Shown in pieces: positions 10,635 through 21,319 of a stretch of DNA of 64,000 nucleotides. The notes beneath the pieces were generated by a model. That model had not been told where the DNA came from. It did no database searches and was given only the letters and a program-made list of their open reading frames with translations. Each line of letters begins with the position of its first letter. Position 1 is the first letter of the stretch. Source of the stretch: Endomicrobiales bacterium. Its GTDB lineage: Bacteria > Elusimicrobiota > Endomicrobiia > Endomicrobiales > CAWCFT01. The stretch spans positions 96,001 to 160,000 of the forward strand of contig CAWCFT010000004.1 in the NCBI GenBank assembly GCA_963794945.1, written 5' to 3'. The translations under genes were made by a program, and so were the position numbers.

Positions 10635-11315
10635 GGCTTCTTCGCCGCTCTCTTCTTCTTGAACTTTTCTCGTTACGGCTGCGGCTACTTCTTCTATGGT
10701 CATGCTTGTAGTATCTAAAACTACGGCGTCATCTGCTATGGTCAGCGGGCTTTCGTGCCGTGTCTTATCCTTCTCGTCACGCTCGAATATCTGCTGCTTA
10801 ATCTTCTCAAGGTCAACTGCCTCGCCTTTTTTTACTTGTTCCTTATATCTTCTTTTGGCCCGTTCTTCGATGGACGCGTCCAGATAAAATTTATAGCCGG
10901 CATCAGGGAACACCTGCGTGCCGATATCCCGGCCTTCCATGACAACTCCGCCAAGCACGCCCAGGGCCTGTTGTTTTGCCCTGACGATCACCCTCACACC
11001 GCCTATAGCGGCGACTATCTTGGTTTTTGACGATATCTCTTCGGTCCTTATATCACCGCTGACATCTTTGCCGTCAAGCAATACCCTGTACTTTTCCCCG
11101 TCCTGACGCAGCTCTATCTCCGTGCCGGCCGCCATCTCTACAATTTTTTCTTTCGCGCCGAGGTCAATGCCTGCTCTTACCGCTTTTAGGGTCAACGCCC
11201 TGTACATCGCACCGCTGTCAATATATAAGAAACCAAGCCGCCGCGCCGCTATCTTCGCTACCGTCGATTTGCCCGAGCCCGCCGGGCCGTCTATGGCTAC
11301 TATTGGTTTTTTCAT
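10635..11315 (-). CDS. cmk: Cytidylate kinase (reads into plsC without a stop)
   Basis: IDGPAGSGKST, DSGAMYR, MEGRDIGT; ATG 11315 overlaps the aroA stop. Confidence 0.92.
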
Positions 11316-12595
11316 AAAGTGATCTCCGCGATCTTTTTTAGAAAATCGGGGAACGAAGTGTTGACGCAATCGGTATCGTTTATCGTTGTTTCGCCTTCTG
11401 CTATAAGCCCTGCCACGGCGAGCGTCATCGCTATGCGATGGTCGCCGTAAGTCTCGACAGATGCCCCCTTGAGCCTCGTGGGGCCTATTATTATGAGGCC
11501 GTCCTCTTTCTCTTCTATATTTGCTCCCATCTTGTTAAGTTCGGTGGTTATGGCCCTTAGCCTGTCGCTTTCCTTGACCCTCAGCTCGCCCGCGCCGGTT
11601 ATCACGCTTTTGCCGTTAGCCTGCGTGGCCGCAAGCACGAGCACAGGTATCTCGTCAACAAGCCTGGGTATAATGTCCTCGTTTATCTCAAAAGACAAAA
11701 GGCCGGAGCTCTCGACTTCGATGTCAACTACCGGCTCGCCCGAAACATCCCGCTGGTTAACAAACTTCAATTTAGCGTTCATCTTTCTGAAAACTTCAAG
11801 TATACCGTCGCGAGTGGGGTTGACCCCAACGTTATTTACTTTTATCTTTGCCGAGCCTGATACAGCGGCGAGCGTCATGAAAAATGCGGCCGATGATATG
11901 TCGCCCGGAACAGTCATATCTTTGCTCGAAAGTTTGGCCGGGCCCCTTACCGATACCTTGAGGCCTTCTACGGTTATGTCCGCGCCCCTGGCTTTGAGCA
12001 TCCTCTCGGTGTGGTCACGCGATTTCGTGGGTTCGGTTACGCTTGTTACGCCTAACGCGCTGAGGCCCGCAAAGAGCACACACGATTTTACCTGCGCGCT
12101 TGCTATAGCGCTCCTGTATTCCAGGGGTTTGAGGGTCGCTGTACCGGTTATCTCAAGAGGAAGGAAATTGTCCTCGCGTGCCGAGATCATGGCTCCCATT
12201 TTTGAGAGTGGCTCGATTATTCTTTTCATGGGCCTTTTTGAAAGGCTCTCGTCGCCTTTGAAGCGCGCCGAAAAAGCATGTCCTGCGAGTATACCTGAAA
12301 GCAGTCTCACCGTCGTGCCGGAATTGCCGGCGTCTATAACCCCGGCTGGAGCTTTCAGCCCTTTTAATCCAACCCCTTCTATAGTCAGGGTTTGCGTGTC
12401 TTTTTTAATTTTTACACCCATGTCCTGGAAAGCTTTGACTGTCCTCATACAGTCCTCTGCTCCAAGGTAGTTTTTGATAACGGACACACCGCTCGATATG
12501 GCGGAAAGGATCACGGCCCTGTGGGTAATGGATTTATCCGCGGGAACCGTTATTTCGCCTTTAAGTTGTCTTACGGGTTTGATGTTCCAGTTCAT
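11312..12595 (-). CDS. aroA: 3-phosphoshikimate 1-carboxyvinyltransferase
   Basis: DKSITHR, GNSGTT, SAQVKS, RDHTERM, RVKESDR, DHRIAM. Confidence 0.97.
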   Translation of the reverse strand: MNWNIKPVRQLKGEITVPADKSITHRAVILSAISSGVSVIKNYLGAEDCMRTVKAFQDMGVKIKKDTQTLTIEGVGLKGLKAPAGVIDAGNSGTTVRLLSGILAGHAFSARFKGDESLSKRPMKRIIEPLSKMGAMISAREDNFLPLEITGTATLKPLEYRSAIASAQVKSCVLFAGLSALGVTSVTEPTKSRDHTERMLKARGADITVEGLKVSVRGPAKLSSKDMTVPGDISSAAFFMTLAAVSGSAKIKVNNVGVNPTRDGILEVFRKMNAKLKFVNQRDVSGEPVVDIEVESSGLLSFEINEDIIPRLVDEIPVLVLAATQANGKSVITGAGELRVKESDRLRAITTELNKMGANIEEKEDGLIIIGPTRLKGASVETYGDHRIAMTLAVAGLIAEGETTINDTDCVNTSFPDFLKKIAEITL

Positions 12596-12606
12596 TTTTT
12601 TAGGTG

Positions 12607-12668
12607 TAAGCTATAAGTTATAAGAAAAACTTCTCGATTTTTCGCCTTTTCTTACAGCTTATAGCTTA
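12607..12668. repeat. Periodic palindromic intergenic element, TAAGCTA class
   Basis: TAAGCTA TAAGTTA TAAGAAAA ... TTTTCTTA CAGCTTA TAGCTTA (20/22 complementary); includes the tyrA stop. Confidence 0.85.
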
Positions 12669-13547
12669 AGGCTTATTTTCGAGCAGTTTTTGGCGGGCGG
12701 CTTTTGCTTTCTCGAACTTCTTCTCAAGCTCACCAGGTTTATTTAAAAGATTTTTCGCGTCCTTGAGCTCTGCAATGAATAGGTCGATCGCCTCTGAAAC
12801 ATCTTTCTTGTTTGCATTACAGATTGACGCCCAATCTGACGAATTTGAGCCCGCTATTCTTGTTAGGTCCTTAAACGACCCCGCAGCAAGATTAGGCGCT
12901 GCCGGGACAAACTTCTGGAGCTGTTCCGCCAGAAGGCAGAGCCCGAAGGCCATTATATGCGGCAAATGGCTAATAAGCGCCACAGCCCTGTCATGCTCTT
13001 CTGCCGGCATCTCAACTATATTGGCGCCAGCTCTTTTCCACATCGTCTTTATTTCACCAAAGGCTTTCTTGTTTACGCCTTTTTCTTTTACAAGGACCAC
13101 GGCGGCGCCCTCATATAAACCGGCCCTTGCCGCGCTGATACCGGACTTCTCCGAACCCGCCATCGGGTGAGCGCCGATAAAGACAACGGATTTGAGATTT
13201 GAGATTTGAGATAACGACAAAACCTTATTTACTTGTTTTAATACCGAGCCTTTTACGCTGCCTGCGTCTGTGATCACAGCTCCGTGCTTTATAAAGGGCA
13301 ATATCTTCTTGACCATTGGCGCGATCAAGTGAACCGGTGTGCATATAACTATTATATCAGCGTCTTTAACACCTTCTTTGAGGTCTGTCGTAAAAATATC
13401 TGACGCGCCCATCTTCTTTGCTGTTTTTAGTTTATCGATATTACGGCCAACCGCGGTGACAAAATATTTACTCTTCGCTTTTTTCCTCAGAGCGAGCCCC
13501 AGCGATCCGCCTATCAGCCCAGTGCCTATGATAGATATTTTTTTCAT
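12666..13547 (-). CDS. tyrA: Prephenate dehydrogenase
   Basis: GTGLIGGS, DAGSVK, HPMAGSE, HD..SHLPH. Confidence 0.95.
   Translation of the reverse strand: MKKISIIGTGLIGGSLGLALRKKAKSKYFVTAVGRNIDKLKTAKKMGASDIFTTDLKEGVKDADIIVICTPVHLIAPMVKKILPFIKHGAVITDAGSVKGSVLKQVNKVLSLSQISNLKSVVFIGAHPMAGSEKSGISAARAGLYEGAAVVLVKEKGVNKKAFGEIKTMWKRAGANIVEMPAEEHDRAVALISHLPHIMAFGLCLLAEQLQKFVPAAPNLAAGSFKDLTRIAGSNSSDWASICNANKKDVSEAIDLFIAELKDAKNLLNKPGELEKKFEKAKAARQKLLENKP
13190..13212. repeat. (ATTTGAG)3 heptamer triplet in frame inside tyrA
   Basis: Three perfect 7-mers = 21 nt within the SQISNLKS codons. Confidence 0.8.
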
Positions 13548-14561
13548 TTATATATTTCTTCCTAGAGCACCTGCTAGTATTTCTAATTCTCTCATGAGTT
13601 TAGCGAACTGCTCCGGCAGCAGGCTCTGCCGACCATCGGATAGCGCCTCTTCGGGCCTCGGGTGAACTTCCAGTATCAAACCGTCGGCGCCAGCCGCGAC
13701 AGAAGCCTTTGCCATGGTCGCCACGTGTTCCCTGATGCCAATGCCGTGCGAAGGGTCTACCACCACGGGTAGATGGGTCAGTTTTTTCAGCACCGGCACG
13801 GCGTTTAGATCGAGAGTGAACCTGGTGGCATCCTCAAAAGTTCTTATTCCTCTTTCGCAGAGGATGACATTATAGTTGCCCTGGGACAAAATGTATTCGG
13901 CCGAGAGCAGAAGCTCTTTAATAGTCGTCGCCATACCCCTTTTAAGTAGCACTGGCTTTCTCTGTTTTCCTGCTTCCTTGAGAAGGTCATAGTTCTGCAC
14001 GTTGCGCGCGCCTATCTGGACGATGTCGCAATATTTTGCCACAAGATGAACCTGGCTTGTCGTCATCGCTTCGCTTATGGTCGGCATGCCTGTACGCTTC
14101 TTTACCTCCGCGAGGTATTTGAGCCCCTTTTCGCCAAGCCCTTGAAATGTGTAAGGCGAGCTCCTGGGCTTGAATGCCCCGCCGCGGAATATCGCCGCGC
14201 CGGAATCCCCAACAAGTTTCGCTGTCTCAAGCGCGGTCTCCCTGCTTTCAACCGCACAGGGCCCAGCCATTATGATTATCTTTTCCGAACCTATCTTTAT
14301 TCCGCACACGTCCACTACCGTGTTCTCTTTTTTAAATTCCCGGCTGGCGAGCTTGTAAGGCTTTTCTATTTCGCTGATGTGGTCTACTGTTTCCATAGCC
14401 TCAAAAGTATCGCGGTATCGCTCTGCACGCTCACCTATCATACCTATTATTGTAACATCCACCCCGCGCGAAACGTGGGGCCTGTAGCCCAGGGCCTTAA
14501 CCTTCTTTATGACCTTGTCTACCGCTTTGCCGCTTGAACCGCTCTTTAGTGTAAGTATCAT
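13548..14561 (-). CDS. aroF: DAHP synthase (type I-beta)
   Basis: [33 protein letters not shown]. Confidence 0.95.
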   Translation of the reverse strand: MILTLKSGSSGKAVDKVIKKVKALGYRPHVSRGVDVTIIGMIGERAERYRDTFEAMETVDHISEIEKPYKLASREFKKENTVVDVCGIKIGSEKIIIMAGPCAVESRETALETAKLVGDSGAAIFRGGAFKPRSSPYTFQGLGEKGLKYLAEVKKRTGMPTISEAMTTSQVHLVAKYCDIVQIGARNVQNYDLLKEAGKQRKPVLLKRGMATTIKELLLSAEYILSQGNYNVILCERGIRTFEDATRFTLDLNAVPVLKKLTHLPVVVDPSHGIGIREHVATMAKASVAAGADGLILEVHPRPEEALSDGRQSLLPEQFAKLMRELEILAGALGRNI

Positions 14562-14585
14562 TTTCTCTCCAGTATTATATTTCGC

Positions 14586-15710
14586 CTATTTTTTAAGCAG
14601 TTTCTTTACTGCTCTCAGGAACGCCTTATTCTCTGCCGGCAGGCCTATGCTTACCCTTACGAAATTTGGTAGTTCGTATTCATCCATGGCTCGCACTATC
14701 ACGCCAAGCCTCAGCAATTTTTCGAAAACCTCTTTTCCGGAAAACGGTTTTATCTCCATGAGAACGAAGTTAGCCGCGGATCTGATGAACGGTATCTCCA
14801 GCTTCTTTAGTTCCTTATAAAGCGCCTCTTTTTCTTTCGCCACAAGAACCGTCCCTTTCTTTACTTGTGAGGCGTCTGCGATACTGGCAGCGCCTGCGGC
14901 CTGTACAAGCGAGTTCAGGTTGAAAGGCGGGCGTATCCTGTCTATGTAGTCGACAATATCCCTCGAAGCAAATCCGTATCCCGCGCGAAGCCCGGCCAGA
15001 GCGTAAACCTTCGAAAATGTCCGAAGTATCACGAGGTTAGGGTACTTGCTGAGATAATTTATCGTTTCCGGATAATTCTTCTCCAGCCTGCCGTACTCAT
15101 AATATGCCTCGTCCATTATCACCAGCGGGGGTATCGAGAGCGATAAGGAAAGCAATCGGGCAAGGAATGCCTCGAACTCGGCTTTCGTGTTGTATGTGCC
15201 AGTCGGATTATTCGGGTTCGCTATGAATATAGCCTTTGTACTTCCGTTGACCGCGTCCGCCATGGCGTCAAGATCGTGTGTATAGTTCTTCATCGGGATG
15301 CTGACGACTTTTGAGTTCATAAGCTTGCCCGCCATCTTGTAGCGGATAAAGGCGTGATCCGAAATAATTATCTCATCCTCGGGGTTGAAGAAGAGTTTGG
15401 CAAGGAGCTCGATGATCTCATCTGACCCGGCACCTACTACAATATTCTCGGGCTTTATCCCGTATTTACGGCTTACGGCCTGTTTGAGCTCAAATGAATT
15501 CGAATCCGGGTAGAAAAATACATTCTTCAAAGCGTTCTTCATTGCCGCTATTGCCTTTTTAGACGGGCCTAGCGGATTTTCGTTTGATGCGAGCTTTACG
15601 ACTTTTTTTAGCCCTAGTTCGCGCTTTATAGTTTCGACAGGCTTCCCGGCTACGTACGGCTCAAACCCGGCACAGCAAGGCCTTATCATTTTATCGATTT
15701 TAGAATCCAT
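14586..15710 (-). CDS. hisC: Histidinol-phosphate aminotransferase
   Basis: KLASNENP, NPNNPTG, DEAY, RTFSKVYALAGLR. Confidence 0.95.
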   Translation of the reverse strand: MDSKIDKMIRPCCAGFEPYVAGKPVETIKRELGLKKVVKLASNENPLGPSKKAIAAMKNALKNVFFYPDSNSFELKQAVSRKYGIKPENIVVGAGSDEIIELLAKLFFNPEDEIIISDHAFIRYKMAGKLMNSKVVSIPMKNYTHDLDAMADAVNGSTKAIFIANPNNPTGTYNTKAEFEAFLARLLSLSLSIPPLVIMDEAYYEYGRLEKNYPETINYLSKYPNLVILRTFSKVYALAGLRAGYGFASRDIVDYIDRIRPPFNLNSLVQAAGAASIADASQVKKGTVLVAKEKEALYKELKKLEIPFIRSAANFVLMEIKPFSGKEVFEKLLRLGVIVRAMDEYELPNFVRVSIGLPAENKAFLRAVKKLLKK

Positions 15711-15749
15711 TTTATCCTCTTTGTCTTATTGAAATTATGTTATCTGGCA

Positions 15750-16816
15750 TTAATCGGCTTTCGGGTACGAGCCGAGTATCTTAAGGAACATGCAGTTCTT
15801 CTCAAGTTGTTCTAGAGCCTGTTGAACGCCCTTATCCGACACGTGCCCCAAGAAATCTACGAAGAAAATATATTCCCACGCTTTTTTCTTGGTCGGGCGC
15901 GACTCTATCTTTGTCAGATTGATGCGGTGCCCCTTAAATGACATCAGCATATCATGCAAGGCTCCGACCTTATCCTTTATTGAGAACATGATCGATGTTT
16001 TGTCCTCGCCTGACGCTTCCGAAGGCGTCTTGCCTATGACAAGAAAGCGCGTAAAATTCTCTTTCGAGTCTTCTATGCCGCTTACCACTATATCCAGGCT
16101 GTAAAGTGCTGCGCAGCCCTAGAACCTATAGCCGCGGCGCCTTTTTCCGTAGCGGCGCGTTTAGACGCGGCCGCTGTGGAGGACACTTCTACCACGGGAA
16201 CACCCGGCAGGTTCTCTTCAAGCCAGTTCCTGCACTGGGCAAGCGGCTGGTAGTGCGAGTATACTTTCTTTATGTCCTTTTTATTGCCGGTTTTAGAAAG
16301 AAGGCATTCCTCTATCTGCATATTGATTTCGGAGCAGATGACTAGGTCCGATTCGAAGAACATGTCGAGTGTGTGGTTTACAACGCCTTCGGTGGAATTC
16401 TCTATGGGAACTACGCCGTAACCGGCGCGGCCCTTCTCCACTTCAGTGAAAACATCTGCTATCGATTTAACCGGGACGTAATCGCCTGAAGAGCCGAAAT
16501 TCTTCATGGCCGCGAGGTGAGTAAAGGTTCCCGCGGGCCCAAAATAAGCAACCTTGAGCTTTGACTCCAAGCTCCTGCAGGCGTTTATTATCTCTCTGTA
16601 TATGGCGTCAACGGATTCCGGGCCCAGAGGGCCCTTACAGCGTTTTACTAGCCCGGATATTATCTGCTTTTCCCTGTGCGGTATATAAAAATTCCTGAGC
16701 CCGGACTTGATCTTGATCTTTCCAACTTCCACAACTAGCTTCGCCCTCGAGTTTAAAAGTTCTAATGTTTTCGAATCAATTTCATCGATTTTTTTACGTA
16801 GGCTTTCGATTTCCAT
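15750..16816 (-). CDS. pheA: Chorismate mutase / prephenate dehydratase (frame break near 16105)
   Basis: LRKKIDEID, GPAGTF, PIENSTEG; second ORF has TRF and LTKIESRP. Confidence 0.93.
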
Positions 16817-16852
16817 TTGTTCCTCGATTGTATTTTATATGGTCCGAAATCT

Positions 16853-17515
16853 CTAAAATGTCACCAGTGACATGATCCTTGACGAAGTCCCGTCTTTCCT
16901 GTAAGAAAAGAATAGGTCTGGTTCATGCATTGTGCACCTTCCGCTGTCATTTATGTTATTTACACCCGCGGTTTTCAACTGTTTTACGGTTTCGCGGGTC
17001 AAATCAAAATTAGTATCTGTTGGAGCGAGGCCGAAAGCCTGCTTCACCTCTTCCCCGATCGTATAGCAGTCTTTGCAGATGTGCGGCCCTATCGAGGCAG
17101 ACGCCTGGGACGCTTCCAAACCGAATTTCTTTGACATTAGCTTGATCGTCTCCGGTATTATGCCCGCTTTAAGCCCCCGCCATCCGGCGTGGACCACCGC
17201 AACAGCCTTGTCTTTTACACCTATAAAGACCGGTACGCAGTCTGCAGTAAATACCGCCAGCGAAAGGCCTTTTTCTCCTGTTATGAGCGCGTCAGTGCTG
17301 TCTAACACTTTACCGGCATCGCCCGCTGACACTGTCGCAGCGTGTTTTCCGTGTATCTGTTTTGCGAGCACAATTGAGGCAGATTCAATATTTTTTAAAG
17401 AACAAACATTTTTTCTATTAGGCTCGTCCTTCATGTCACCCAAGCCTCTTGTGGTCACGAGGTTGAAGAAAGGAAAAGCATCGTCATATAAAAAATTGTC
17501 TTTTAAGATCCACAT
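16853..17515 (-). CDS. pgeF: PgeF/YfiH (DUF152) family protein
   Basis: QIHG, TADCVP, HAGWRG, IGPHI..CY, FFSYR. Confidence 0.92.
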   Translation of the reverse strand: MWILKDNFLYDDAFPFFNLVTTRGLGDMKDEPNRKNVCSLKNIESASIVLAKQIHGKHAATVSAGDAGKVLDSTDALITGEKGLSLAVFTADCVPVFIGVKDKAVAVVHAGWRGLKAGIIPETIKLMSKKFGLEASQASASIGPHICKDCYTIGEEVKQAFGLAPTDTNFDLTRETVKQLKTAGVNNINDSGRCTMHEPDLFFSYRKDGTSSRIMSLVTF

Positions 17516-17522
17516 AATTCAT

Positions 17523-17603
17523 GTTTCTAGTTATGAGTTTTGAGTTTCAGGCAAAGGCAATACTAGATTTAGGTGTTAACTCGGGACTCAAAACCCGAAA
17601 CTA
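17523..17603. repeat. Periodic palindromic intergenic element, TGAGTTT/AAACTCA class
   Basis: TAGTTA TGAGTTT TGAGTTT ... AACTC GGGACTC AAAACCC GAAACTA. Confidence 0.7.
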
Positions 17604-17611
17604 TATTTATA

Positions 17612-18712
17612 CTATTTTTCAAAGAATGTACTGTGCGCGTCTTCCGTACTTGTCTGGATGCCCCTGATGGTTAGCATTAGTTCTTCTGGGTTCGTTGCCG
17701 CGTTCAAGGCGTCTTCGAGTTTGATATCGCCGTTCTGGAACAATTTAATGAGCGCCTGGTTGAAAGTCTGCATACCGTAGTACTGCCCCTGTTTCATCAG
17801 GTTGACAACTTCGCTCAGATTGTTCTCTTCTATCATCTTCTTCACGAGAGGCGTCACTACCAGTACTTCTACAGCCGGCACCCTGCCGGTCCCGGACGAA
17901 TGCGGGAGCAACCTTTGTGATATAACGGCTTTCAGCGTATCCGCCAGCAAATACCTTGTCTGTTCTTGCTGGTGCGGAGGAAAAAGATCCACAATGCGGT
18001 TTATACTCTGCGCCGCATTCACCGTGTGCAGCGTTGAGAATACCAGGTGGCCGGTTTGCGCTGCCGTAATTGCCGTGGCAACTGTATCGAGGTCGCGCAT
18101 CTCGCCTAAAAGTATAACGTCAGGATCCTGCCTGACAACGTTCCTTAGGGCATCGAGATACGTCAGCGTGTCAAACCCGAGTTCCCTCTGGCTTATTATG
18201 GATTTCTTGTCTCCGTGAATGAACTCGATCGGGTCCTCAATGGTTATTATGTTCGCGGCTCTTGTAGTGTTGACGTGGTTTACCATCGCCGCGAGCGTGC
18301 TGGACTTGCCGCAGCCGGTCGTCCCGGTTACGAGCACAAGCCCCCTCTGGTTATCCGCTATCTGTGATATGACAGGCGGCAATTTCAACCCCTGTATATC
18401 GGGAATAACCGATGGTATGACCCTCATGGCCATGTTCGTTGTGCCTCTCTGCCTGAAAATATTTATCCTGAAACGGCCCAGCCCCTCATCGAACGTGTAG
18501 GCGAGATCGACTTCATGTCGCTGTTTGAATATATCTTTTTGTTCGTCATTCATTAAACCGTTGGCAAGCACGGCCATCTCTTCCACGCTCATGACTTTTT
18601 TCATCGGGTAAAGTTTGCCGTCAACGCGCAAGACCGCCGGCCCGCCGGACCTTAGATGTAGGTCGGAAGCATTCTGCTCCATCATTTCTTTCAAAAGCGG
18701 TTTAATGTCCAT
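17612..18712 (-). CDS. pilT: Type IV pilus retraction ATPase
   Basis: ASDLHL, GTTGCGKS, TIEDPIE, RQDPDVILLGEMRD, STLH, GMQT. Confidence 0.92.
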   Translation of the reverse strand: MDIKPLLKEMMEQNASDLHLRSGGPAVLRVDGKLYPMKKVMSVEEMAVLANGLMNDEQKDIFKQRHEVDLAYTFDEGLGRFRINIFRQRGTTNMAMRVIPSVIPDIQGLKLPPVISQIADNQRGLVLVTGTTGCGKSSTLAAMVNHVNTTRAANIITIEDPIEFIHGDKKSIISQRELGFDTLTYLDALRNVVRQDPDVILLGEMRDLDTVATAITAAQTGHLVFSTLHTVNAAQSINRIVDLFPPHQQEQTRYLLADTLKAVISQRLLPHSSGTGRVPAVEVLVVTPLVKKMIEENNLSEVVNLMKQGQYYGMQTFNQALIKLFQNGDIKLEDALNAATNPEELMLTIRGIQTSTEDAHSTFFEK

Positions 18713-18739
18713 TGTTACCTCAGTGCAAAAACCTTCGCG

Positions 18740-19815
18740 CTACTTAAGTTTCTGCGGCCGCCAGTATGTGTACGCCGGCCTGTTAAAATCTATCGGCCCG
18801 GATTTTTCTTCGGGCGTGTTTTTTTCTCCCATGGTTTTCTTCGGCTGTTTGCGCACCGGAAAGCCGGTGGCTATGACCGTTATCTTTATTCTGTCGTCGA
18901 GGTTCGGGTCTATAACCTGCCCGTAGAACATGTGGGCCTCAGGTGACACCGATTCCTTGATCAACGTCATGGCTTCCCTAACTTCCATCATTGAAGTGGA
19001 CCTGTTGCCGGTTATATTGACCAGTACGCCTTTGGCGCCGTCAATAGAGATGTCGTCTAATAGCGGGCTCGAAATTGAGCGCCTGGCGGCGTCTATGGCA
19101 CGGGTGGGCCCCGAGCTTTCGCCGATACCCATGAGCGCTTCTCCTGCGCCCTGCATGATAGTCCTGACATCGGCGAAGTCAACGTTAATTTCGCCCGGCG
19201 TCGTTATGACATCCGATATTGCCTGTACCGCCTGGCGAAGGACGTCGTCTACTATCCTGAAAGCATCCTCTATGGGTGTCTTGTCATCAACTATAGTGAA
19301 CAGTTTTTCGTTCGGTATAACTATAAGCGTGTCGGTGAAGTTACGCAGGTTCTTTATTCCCTCTTCCGCCTGCAGGAGCCTTATCCTGTGCTCGAACTCA
19401 AAGGGCTTCGTTACAACGCCGACAGTGAGAATACCAAGCGACCTCGCCACCGATGCGATTATAGGAGCGGCTCCCGTGCCTGTGCCACCGCCCATGCCAG
19501 CGGTGATGAATACCATGTCGGTTCCCTGGAGCATCTCCTTTATTCTTTCGCGGCTTCTTCCGCAGCCTGTTGTCCGATGGTAGGGTTTCCGCCGACCCCG
19601 AGGCCCCGTGATATCTGTTCGCCTATCTGGATCCTTACCGGAGCGACAGAGCGCCTCAGCGCCTGCACGTCGGTGTTGATGGTTACGAACTCTATACCAT
19701 GGATGCCGGCCGCGATCATGCGGTTGACGGCGTTCGAACCGCCGCCGCCGACCCCCACAACTTTTAGTACAGCCGGATGTTCGGCATGTTCGTCCGCGAT
19801 TTTTATCCTGATCAT
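18740..19815 (-). CDS. ftsZ: Cell division protein FtsZ (frame break near 19550)
   Basis: [14 protein letters not shown] in 19540-19815; GMGGGTGTG and NVDFADV in 18740-19534. Confidence 0.96.
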
Positions 19816-19825
19816 GTTTTACCTC

Positions 19826-19923
19826 TATAAGCTTTAAGCTATAAGCTCTAAGCCGTAAGAATAGACCTCAAAATCAAACGTTACTTTATGCCTTTTCTTA
19901 CAGCTTACCGCTTACAACTTATA
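19826..19923. repeat. Periodic palindromic intergenic element, TAAGCTA class
   Basis: TAAGCTT TAAGCTA TAAGCTC TAAGCCG TAAGAA ... TTCTTA CAGCTTA CCGCTTA CAACTTA. Confidence 0.85.
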
Positions 19924-19931
19924 TCTGATTT

Positions 19932-21168
19932 TTAAAAAGATTGATCGAACCAGTCCTTCATTTTCTTCATAATGCCAGTGCCTTTCGCCGGCCGCTGGGA
20001 AGTAAAACCGGGTGAATTTTGAATATTCGAACGCAACAGCGCGATCGCCGTGGAATACGTCGTGTTGCCTATGATCTCCTCTGGCCCCGAAGCTATATCC
20101 TGCGGGAGCCCGATCCTGGTAGATGAATTAAGGGCCTGCTCTGTCGCCTGCATGATCCCACCAAGCCGCGCTCCACCGCCCGTAATCACCACGCCACCGG
20201 CGACTATAGCGTCTGCTAGGTTGGACTTTTTTATCTCTTCGTCTATTGTAACGAACACCTGGTCAAGGCGCGGCTGAATTATTTCGATAAGCTGCTTGCG
20301 TGTGGACTCGCGTATCGTGCTGCCGTCAACCGCCATGAAATCGAATTTGCTGTCCTCTTTGAGAAGGCTGCCCATCGCCATGCCGTATTTTTCCTTGATG
20401 TCCTGGGCCACGGCCAGCGATGTCCTCAACGAGTGCGATATGTCGCGTGTTATAAAATCCGAGCCTACCTGCAGTTCTTTCGAATATCTTATACTACCTT
20501 CCGTGTAGATGGCGAGGCCTGTAGTAAGCCCGCCAAAATCGATAAGCAGGCAGCCGAGCTCTTTTTCTTCCTGCGTTATTACTAGATCCCCCACAGACAA
20601 GAGCCCGTAGACCGGCTCGACAACCTCAAAACCCGCCTGGGCTATCGCCTTGTAAATATTGGACAAATGGCTCGATGACCCCGTAAGTATGTGCACGTCA
20701 ACTTCCAGAAAATTGCCTTCCATCCCCACCGGGTTCGGCACGCCGCGCTGGTGATTGAGCGAAAACTCCTGCGGGATACTGTGCAGGATCTCTCGGTCGG
20801 GAGAAAGCCTTATGGTCTTCGCGTTCTCAATGGCGCCGGAGACATCTTCAGCGGTGATCTCTTTATCGGTGCGGGATATGTTGATCGCGCCGCGCGCGTT
20901 CATGGATTCTATGTGGTTGCCGCGGAGCCCCAGGTATATCTGGCGAACCGTTTCCCTAGCCTGCTCTTCCGCCTGCTCAATAACTTTCTGCACAGCGTAA
21001 GAAGTTTCAGAAAGGTTGATTACGACCCCGCCTTTAACTCCCCTGCACGGCAGTTTTCGCGCCGCTCAGTACCTCGAGGGTTCCCGTTTCTTCCGACAGA
21101 CGGCCTATGGCACAGCATATCTGACTGCTCCCGATGTCAAGCCCAGCAATGATCTCCGATTTCGCCAT
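19932..21168 (-). CDS. ftsA: Cell division protein FtsA (frame break near 21055)
   Basis: MAKSEIIAGLDIGSSQIC read manually from 21168; GVKGGVVIN, NPVGMEG, IDFGGLTT, VITGGGA. Confidence 0.94.
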
Positions 21169-21191
21169 TTTTACCTCGCATTTAAAACATT

Positions 21192-21300
21192 TCAAACATC
21201 AAATATTAAATGTCAAAATTTCGGTGTCCGCTTCCAGCGAACATGTTAAATAAGTCACCGAAGGTGACACATTAATTTTGATTATTGATATTTGATTTTA
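21192..21300. repeat. Periodic palindromic intergenic element, CAAATAT class with inner hairpins
   Basis: CAAACAT CAAATAT TAAATGT CAAAATT ... AATTTTG ATTATTG ATATTTG; inner GTCACC-GAA-GGTGAC. Confidence 0.85.
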
Positions 21301-21319
21301 AAATTTCATTAATATGAAC

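Noticed and set aside
15125..15160. LLSLSLSIPP stretch in HisC as another repeat insertion
   Set aside because: The loop looks slightly long, but the DNA shows no clear 7-mer periodicity or IR.
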